From: Candidatus Taylorbacteria bacterium RIFCSPLOWO2_12_FULL_43_20
Lineage (GTDB): Bacteria > Patescibacteriota > Minisyncoccia > Phycocordibacterales > HO2-43-120
Length of the DNA: 64,000 bases
Direction of reading: 5' to 3'
Assembly: GCA_001821295.1 (NCBI GenBank)
Contig: MHSK01000006.1
Coordinates: 11,801 to 75,800, forward strand
Each line of letters begins with the position of its first letter. Position 1 is the stretch's first letter. Made by a program: the position numbers and the translations under genes. Of the stretch, positions 58,658 to 64,000 are shown one piece after another. A model generated the notes under the pieces. It saw only the letters and a list, made by a program, of their open reading frames with translations, did not search any database and was not told the DNA's origin.

Positions 58658-59347
58658 TTAAACACCCTCGAAATGCCTCACGGTCTCAATAATGTTGGCG
58701 CTTTTGAGTATGGCGGAACCGGACACTAAACGATCCGCGCCTTCTTCCTTTAACCGCTTGGCGTTATCCAAGGTTACTCCTCCGTCAATACTAATTGTAA
58801 CTTCTGGATGGTTATTACGCAATTGACGCACTTTGCCAAAAACCCTTTCATCTAGCTCCTCGCCCTGATGGCCAACGTTCGCGATACCCATAAACTGAAC
58901 GAAGTCCGCGTCCTCAAGATATGGCAATATGGCATCGTTGTCCGTGCTTAAATTCAAAGATATTCCCAACTCCGGAGAAAGGATCTCATCTTTAGAAAAT
59001 TCGGCTCGGAAATTTTTAAAAATTTCCAGTACGTTTTCACTTTCAGCGTGAAAAATTATTCTTTTTGCTCCGGCAATTATAAAATCTCGGGCAATTTGCT
59101 CCGGTTGGCTTACAAAAAGATCAGCTTCATAATCAAAATCCTTCCAAAACGGCATCCCTTCCTCCTCTTTAATGATTCTGGCAAAATCGTCGCTATATCG
59201 TCCTCTGTAATAAGGCCAGCTCTGTACCATTACAAATTTTCCATCACAAACATCAAGCTGAATAACCTTGGCCAGACCAGCCATAAGCTCTAGCTTTTCT
59301 TTTATTTCAGGAAGAGTCTTCTCTAAAATTGCGGGAATGATTTGCAT
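58658..59347 (-). CDS. rpe: Ribulose-phosphate 3-epimerase family protein
   Basis: TIM-barrel pattern IIPAILEKTL…LDVCDGKFV…HAES…DGGV. Divergent. Confidence 0.55.
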   Translation of the reverse strand: MQIIPAILEKTLPEIKEKLELMAGLAKVIQLDVCDGKFVMVQSWPYYRGRYSDDFARIIKEEEGMPFWKDFDYEADLFVSQPEQIARDFIIAGAKRIIFHAESENVLEIFKNFRAEFSKDEILSPELGISLNLSTDNDAILPYLEDADFVQFMGIANVGHQGEELDERVFGKVRQLRNNHPEVTISIDGGVTLDNAKRLKEEGADRLVSGSAILKSANIIETVRHFEGV

Positions 59348-59372
59348 GGTGAAATTTTAAATTCTAAAATTA

Positions 59373-59822
59373 TCAACCGATATCGTCCAGCATTTTGTTT
59401 CTTCTTTTATGTCTCTCATCGCCGGAAAATGGCGTTTCTAGCCACGTGTCTACTGCTTGTTTTGCTTCTTCTATCGTCATGAAATGAGCACCGAGAGAAA
59501 GCACATTGGCATCATTGTGTTCCCTACCTAGTTTAACCACTTCCAAATTTTCTCCGTCATAAACTATGGCCCGGACACCCGGAAAACGATTACAAACAAT
59601 AGCTTCTCCTTGCCCGGATTTTCCGAGCACTATTCCTTTGTATTCAGTCGGGTTCTCAGAAATTTTAAAAGCAAGGGGAGTCAGAATCTCCGGATAATTA
59701 TCATTGTCATCAAATTTTTTTGCCCCAAAATCTTCCACCTCAAAGCCTTTCGTCTCGAGATAATTTCTCAGCTGATTCTTATATTCAAACCCCGCGTGAT
59801 CCGAGCCAATAAGTATTTTCAT
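59373..59822 (-). CDS. rpiB: Ribose-5-phosphate isomerase B (RpiB/LacAB family)
   Basis: MKILIGSDHAGFEYK…GIVLGKSGQGEAIVCNR. Confidence 0.85.
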   Translation of the reverse strand: MKILIGSDHAGFEYKNQLRNYLETKGFEVEDFGAKKFDDNDNYPEILTPLAFKISENPTEYKGIVLGKSGQGEAIVCNRFPGVRAIVYDGENLEVVKLGREHNDANVLSLGAHFMTIEEAKQAVDTWLETPFSGDERHKRRNKMLDDIG

Positions 59823-59914
59823 CTTTTAATTTTAGCATAATAACTCAAATTTTAGCATCATCATTGACAAACAAGTGATTTTCCAGATAATAGAAATCAG
59901 AAACAATTGACATT

Positions 59915-60244
59915 ATGAAAACAGCAACTGATCAACCGTTTACCTTAAGGATAATGGGCAATAATAGGCGCAAGACTATAAAAGTCATGGTGCGTCCGGT
60001 GAGCATGAAAGAAGCGAGGACAATCTTCCCTTATCGGCCTCTCAATAAATACGCCGAATCTCGCTTCGGCGGAGATAACCTCCACGACGACATATGTCTT
60101 CTCCTAAACAAACGCGCGACAAGATGCCGCATGTGTCAAGCACCGACAAAAAATGAATACTTGCAACAAGGAGTGTGCCCTGACTGTGACGGTCGATCTG
60201 AATATAACGGAATCGATCCTCATTCCACTTCCACGCGCGTATAA
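59915..60244 (+). CDS. Hypothetical protein with C-terminal CxxC…CxxC zinc ribbon
   Basis: CRMCQAP…CPDCDG. Confidence 0.3.
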   Translation: MKTATDQPFTLRIMGNNRRKTIKVMVRPVSMKEARTIFPYRPLNKYAESRFGGDNLHDDICLLLNKRATRCRMCQAPTKNEYLQQGVCPDCDGRSEYNGIDPHSTSTRV

Positions 60245-60345
60245 AATACGCGCTTTTTTTCATCCAACCCCATTTATGCTTGTAGATCGCTTGAAAGATG
60301 AGTCCATTTTAGATTGTTTTGCTTTCCAACCGAACAAACAAAGCT

Positions 60346-60693
60346 CTATCTGTTATTTTTTTCCTCTATAATCTTTTCAACCTCTCTCACAGCTTCCTTA
60401 ATAGCGCTTCGTCGCGCTAAAATTTCAGTCTCTTCAGCTGCCCTAGGATCAAAAGCGGGGCTATTTAGCATGTTCTTTTTTTCTTCGGCAGTAAGAGTGA
60501 AAAAACTTCTATCTTTAACCAACTCCCTTACATATCCCTCAATAGTCTGCTCTACAATATGCGGCTCAAGAGGCGCATCGCTTCTGCTGTAATCTTTAAC
60601 CATTTGCGCCACGACTTCATTCTTCTCCCGAGCAAAACGCGCTTGATAATCTTCATGTCTTTGCTCATTTTCTTTTGCTGATTCAAATGCCAT
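60346..60693 (-). CDS. Hypothetical helical protein (115 aa) immediately upstream of fic
   Basis: ORF. Separated from fic by 62 bp. Confidence 0.35.
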   Translation of the reverse strand: MAFESAKENEQRHEDYQARFAREKNEVVAQMVKDYSRSDAPLEPHIVEQTIEGYVRELVKDRSFFTLTAEEKKNMLNSPAFDPRAAEETEILARRSAIKEAVREVEKIIEEKNNR

Positions 60694-60755
60694 ATGATTT
60701 ATAAGTTTTAGTTAATAATTGACAATAATATCTCGGGGCTTGTCCCGAGAAACCT

Positions 60756-61304
60756 TTATTTATAGAAATCTTCTTCCTCATAATAGTAGGACTGCTCTAC
60801 GCCCTTCATGAAGATTTCGCGGTCACTAATTTTGTCGGTCAACGCAGCACGCAAAAGTTCGCGAATTTCTAGGTCATTCACCGGACTTCTTTGCATAGCA
60901 TTTAAATAATCTGCCTTGTCAATCTTCGCCCAATTAACGCATTGCTTGAGGTTCTTTTTCAAAACTAAGTCTAGCCAGATCCTCATACTGCGCCCATTTC
61001 CTTCCATAAACGGATGAGCTATATTCATTTCCACATATTTCGCGACAATTTGCTCAAAAGTACTTTCCGGCATTTCATCTATTTTTTCCAGACTTTCCTT
61101 CAAGTACAAGTGAGCGGCAAATCGAAAACCGCCCTTGCTTAAATCTTTTTTTCGTATCTGGCCGGAAAAGTCATAAAGTCCTCCAAATAAATATTCGTGG
61201 ATCTGTTGCAAACCTCTGGTTGTACCAACTTCAAAACCTGTAATTTCTGAGCTACCAAACAATTTTTTGGCGCGTTCTTTGCTAGTTTGGTCAACATTAG
61301 ACAT
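60756..61304 (-). CDS. fic: Fic/Doc-family (Fido) protein
   Basis: Canonical Fic motif [12 protein letters not shown] (HxFx[DE]GNGRxxR). 182 aa. Confidence 0.85.
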   Translation of the reverse strand: MSNVDQTSKERAKKLFGSSEITGFEVGTTRGLQQIHEYLFGGLYDFSGQIRKKDLSKGGFRFAAHLYLKESLEKIDEMPESTFEQIVAKYVEMNIAHPFMEGNGRSMRIWLDLVLKKNLKQCVNWAKIDKADYLNAMQRSPVNDLEIRELLRAALTDKISDREIFMKGVEQSYYYEEEDFYK

Positions 61305-61408
61305 AACCTCATTATACCATTTTTAGGGTATTTTCCTAGTTTTTGAATAACCCCACCAATTTTGCTCATCACATATGTTTTTAGTTCGAATATGTTAGAA
61401 TTTAGAAT

Positions 61409-62221
61409 ATGAGAACGGGATATATTATATTGATTATTGTTGCTCTTTTTTTGTTCGTTGGCGGGTATATATTATTAGTAAGACCAAGCAGATACATGTC
61501 TAAAGAAAAAGCTTTTGAGATCATTCAACATAATCTAAATGCAAGCTCTATTTTTGACAATGGATCAAGAACATTTGACTTGTCGTTCTTGCGCGATTTA
61601 CATAATTGGGATGACACAGCGGGCGATATGTTCCAAACTAATCGACCGCAATTGATTAGAGGAACAGACGTAGTGGCCTCATTTTCCGTAGTTGGTTTTG
61701 AAGAAGTTTATAGTTCACAAAAAGATATTTCTGCTGATGAAAAATATTGGAGCTTTTCTTGGATTAGGACCAGTGTTCTCGATGAAAGCTATTCTTTTTA
61801 TGTAGATGCAACAAGTGGTGTTTTGTCTTTGGTTGGACACTATCAAATGAAATATATAAGCAAAGAAAATGCTTTTGAACATCTGCAGTCTTTTATACGT
61901 GAAAAGAGTACGGGCAAAGACCTTGGGTATTATAATTGGATCACGAAACTTAAGTCATATGATGATCAGGATGCAAAGATACAGATGTTTAATCTTGTGT
62001 ATGCCGATATGTCTGATGGTAGGCATATCCTTTTCAATTCTGAGACCCCTAGTGTAGGTAATCGTATCGTTTACGGAAGTACTTCCAACATCGTGAGCGC
62101 GAATAAATACTGGATCTTTAGTTGGCATAGTCCGGGGGTAATCGATAAGACCATTTCCTTTTATCTCGATGCTTTGGATGGTCGTGTAGTAGAGGTTACA
62201 GAATATTCAAGTCCAGAATAA
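61409..62221 (+). CDS. Membrane-anchored protein with two PepSY-like repeats
   Basis: Internal duplication KYWSFSW…SFYVDATSGVL / KYWIFSW…SFYLDALDGRVV. The …VDAxTG… ending is the PepSY hallmark. Confidence 0.5.
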   Translation: MRTGYIILIIVALFLFVGGYILLVRPSRYMSKEKAFEIIQHNLNASSIFDNGSRTFDLSFLRDLHNWDDTAGDMFQTNRPQLIRGTDVVASFSVVGFEEVYSSQKDISADEKYWSFSWIRTSVLDESYSFYVDATSGVLSLVGHYQMKYISKENAFEHLQSFIREKSTGKDLGYYNWITKLKSYDDQDAKIQMFNLVYADMSDGRHILFNSETPSVGNRIVYGSTSNIVSANKYWIFSWHSPGVIDKTISFYLDALDGRVVEVTEYSSPE

Positions 62222-62379
62222 AATCTTGTATATAGATCGTTATATTATCCCTTTTGTCAAACACAGAATAACTTAGAGTGTAGCAAGGACTGTCCTTGCT
62301 ACAGCTTTGCTACAGCTCAATCCGCTATACCTACTATAGCCGATTATAGCTAATTGTAGTTGATAATTTCAGAATTAGA

Positions 62380-63045
62380 TCACCACCATCCGAGTTTGGA
62401 GACAACTGGATACTTTTTAATAATGTCTTTGTTATTATAATTCTGACATGAGGTACCTCGGATAAGATTAGCTGTTTTAGGGAAGTTATCATTCTTGAAA
62501 AAGTCATCAATATTTGTCTTCCATTTTGCCTTGAGGTCATCGGTTAATATAATAGAATATCTGAGTCCTCTCATGGAAAACCACTGGGGTGAATAATTGC
62601 TTTCTTTAAGAGGAAGTGGTGTGTCAATACCATCTAAACAAATAAGTAAAGGTTTATTGAAAAATAATTTCTTTACTGTCCAAAATGGAGAACTTGATAA
62701 CGAGATAAATCCGATACCTGTTCCATTTTTCCAAGCTCTAATATAATCAAAACCGAATGGAATACTATCCTGTTGTCGAACCGCGCAATCTATTTTTACA
62801 TGACCGTAGTCGTTTGGTGTGATTTGAATCTTCTCATACGCCTCTTCCCACGGATAAACATCTAATATCTGCTTACATGATCCAGCCTTGTATGAATTAT
62901 CCGTCTTAGAAATCTTAATTCCAAAGGTTTTATTTGGTGCCTCATAACTTTCCACCAATGTTAAATTAAGCCAAAAACCATAGGAAAAATAACCGATAAT
63001 TAAAATCAAGATAACAAATCCAATTATTCGTAAGAATTTTTTCAT
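62380..63045 (-). CDS. Hypothetical membrane-anchored protein (221 aa)
   Basis: N-terminal TM helix. ORF only. Confidence 0.35.
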   Translation of the reverse strand: MKKFLRIIGFVILILIIGYFSYGFWLNLTLVESYEAPNKTFGIKISKTDNSYKAGSCKQILDVYPWEEAYEKIQITPNDYGHVKIDCAVRQQDSIPFGFDYIRAWKNGTGIGFISLSSSPFWTVKKLFFNKPLLICLDGIDTPLPLKESNYSPQWFSMRGLRYSIILTDDLKAKWKTNIDDFFKNDNFPKTANLIRGTSCQNYNNKDIIKKYPVVSKLGWW

Positions 63046-63047
63046 AA

Positions 63048-63130
63048 GTTTATATCAAACTCCCCGCCTCAATCACATGCCCCACCAACGTATGCGTATA
63101 CCCCATTTCGTTGTCGTACCAGGCCATCAT
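63048..63130 (-). pseudogene. Remnant copy 1 of the gap 3' end (26 codons: MMAWYDNEMGYTHTLVGHVIEAGSLI*)
   Basis: Compare the authentic gap C-terminus MGWYDNEMGYTHTLIQHVIKVGEKI* at 63457-63534. Confidence 0.8.
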
Positions 63131-63339
63131 AGATCACCTGATATGTTTATCCAGAAATATATCACCCATCCAAGCCAATATAGTACTGCAAGGATTAGTG
63201 GTGCGAATCCGATCCAGAAACTTTTTCGAATCATTTTCTGTTTAAGAATTGGATCTGGTTCATTTGCGTACTTTTTTTTACGACTGGAGTAGAAGATTAT
63301 TCCGAACGCTAGCAATATAATTACAATTAATATTGTCAT
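63127..63339 (-). CDS. Small two-TM membrane protein (70 aa) lying between the two gap 3'-end remnants
   Basis: ORF with two hydrophobic helices. Confidence 0.4.
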   Translation of the reverse strand: MTILIVIILLAFGIIFYSSRKKKYANEPDPILKQKMIRKSFWIGFAPLILAVLYWLGWVIYFWINISGDL

Positions 63340-63345
63340 GGTTTT

Positions 63346-63405
63346 GATTTAGATTAATCTACCGCCTTAATAACATGTTCAACCAGCGTATACGTATACC
63401 CGCCA
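63346..63405 (-). pseudogene. Remnant copy 2 of the gap 3' end (…CGGYTYTLVEHVIKAVD*)
   Basis: Degenerate match to the last about 17 codons of gap. Confidence 0.7.
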
Positions 63406-63456
63406 CACTTATTTAAATAATTAGATTTTATTATTTTTACATTTTTCATGTGATTA

Positions 63457-64000
63457 TTAGATTTTCTCACCAACTTTAATTACATGTTGAATAAGTGTGT
63501 GGGTATACCCCATCTCGTTATCATACCATCCCATGACTTTCACGAGATTTCCGCCCACGACGCGGGTCATTTTAAGATCGGCGATAGAACCATACGGACT
63601 GCCTAGAATATCTGAAGAGACGAGATCTTCTTCGGTTACGCTAAAAATACCTTCCCATCTTTTTTCTTGCGCCGCTTTTTTGAGAATTTCATTCACTTCT
63701 TCTTTTGTGGTTTCTTTTTTGGAAATAAAAGTCACGTCAACGATCGATCCGGCCGACACGGGAACTCTGGTAGAAATCCCATCAAAAAGACCTGAAAGTT
63801 TGGGGAAAGCTTTTGTCACAGCTATCGCCGCGCCGGTAGAGGAAGGCACAATGTTTTGCGCCGCCGCCCGGCCTTCGCGAAAATCTTTCTTGTTCGGCCC
63901 GTCGACAATGCTCTGGCTCGCCGTATACCCGTGCACAGTATTCAAAAGCGCTTTTTCAATTCCTAAAGCTTCATCCAAAATCGCGATCAAAGGAGAAGCA
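63457..64000 (-). CDS. gap: Glyceraldehyde-3-phosphate dehydrogenase, 5'-partial (C-terminal domain only in window)
   Basis: …HGYTASQSIVDGP…AAAQNIVPSSTGAAIAV…VMGWYDNEMGYT, GAPDH catalytic/C-terminal domain. Confidence 0.9.
   Translation of the reverse strand, partial: ASPLIAILDEALGIEKALLNTVHGYTASQSIVDGPNKKDFREGRAAAQNIVPSSTGAAIAVTKAFPKLSGLFDGISTRVPVSAGSIVDVTFISKKETTKEEVNEILKKAAQEKRWEGIFSVTEEDLVSSDILGSPYGSIADLKMTRVVGGNLVKVMGWYDNEMGYTHTLIQHVIKVGEKI

Noticed and set aside
61139-61372. 77-aa ORF overlapping the 5' end of fic
   Set aside because: Out-of-frame overlap with the well-supported Fic gene. No features.

Overview
This 64-kb window looks like a compact bacterial chromosome segment, with roughly 40-47% GC by eye. 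Coding density is high, most genes sit on the minus strand, and the standard genetic code fits: long ORFs such as DnaE (1062 aa) and UvrA (892 aa) are intact with no in-frame UGA. The gene content points to a reduced, fermentative, surface-attached lifestyle, as in Patescibacteria/CPR-like bacteria, but that is inference only. Recognisable genes include housekeeping functions (dnaE, thrS, uvrC, uvrA, murJ, dnaX, dus, gyrB, pheST, tsf, rpsB, prfA, rpmE, rplY, rsgA, partial rnhB, partial gap). A sugar-fermentation module is present: phosphoketolase plus acetate kinase, class II aldolase, a PfkB kinase, split transketolase, rpe and rpiB. There are two tandem type IV pilin genes, a GT2/GtrA/GT-C glycosylation cluster, a RelE/ParE-Phd/YefM toxin-antitoxin pair, a Fic protein, two tRNAs (Gln-UUG, Thr-UGU), and GC-rich single-gene islands (a deoxyhypusine-synthase-like gene, a lone purD). 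The most unusual signal is non-coding. Intergenic DNA is packed with at least nine short interspersed repeat families, including a 120-bp MITE-like element with 13-bp terminal inverted repeats in three full copies and one partial copy. There are serial duplications of gene 3' ends: a 61-bp perfect direct repeat containing the tRNA-Thr 3' end, a 17-bp duplicate of the tRNA-Gln 3' end, and two degenerate copies of the gap C-terminus downstream of gap. These look like footprints of repeated site-specific integration. The phosphoketolase-acetate kinase operon is bracketed by about 70-bp inverted repeats. Three copies of a 31-bp palindrome frame uvrC. An unassigned GC-rich, highly structured region of about 330 nt lies between uvrA and uvrC. 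All calls are from reading the sequence and the supplied ORF track; no searches were run.
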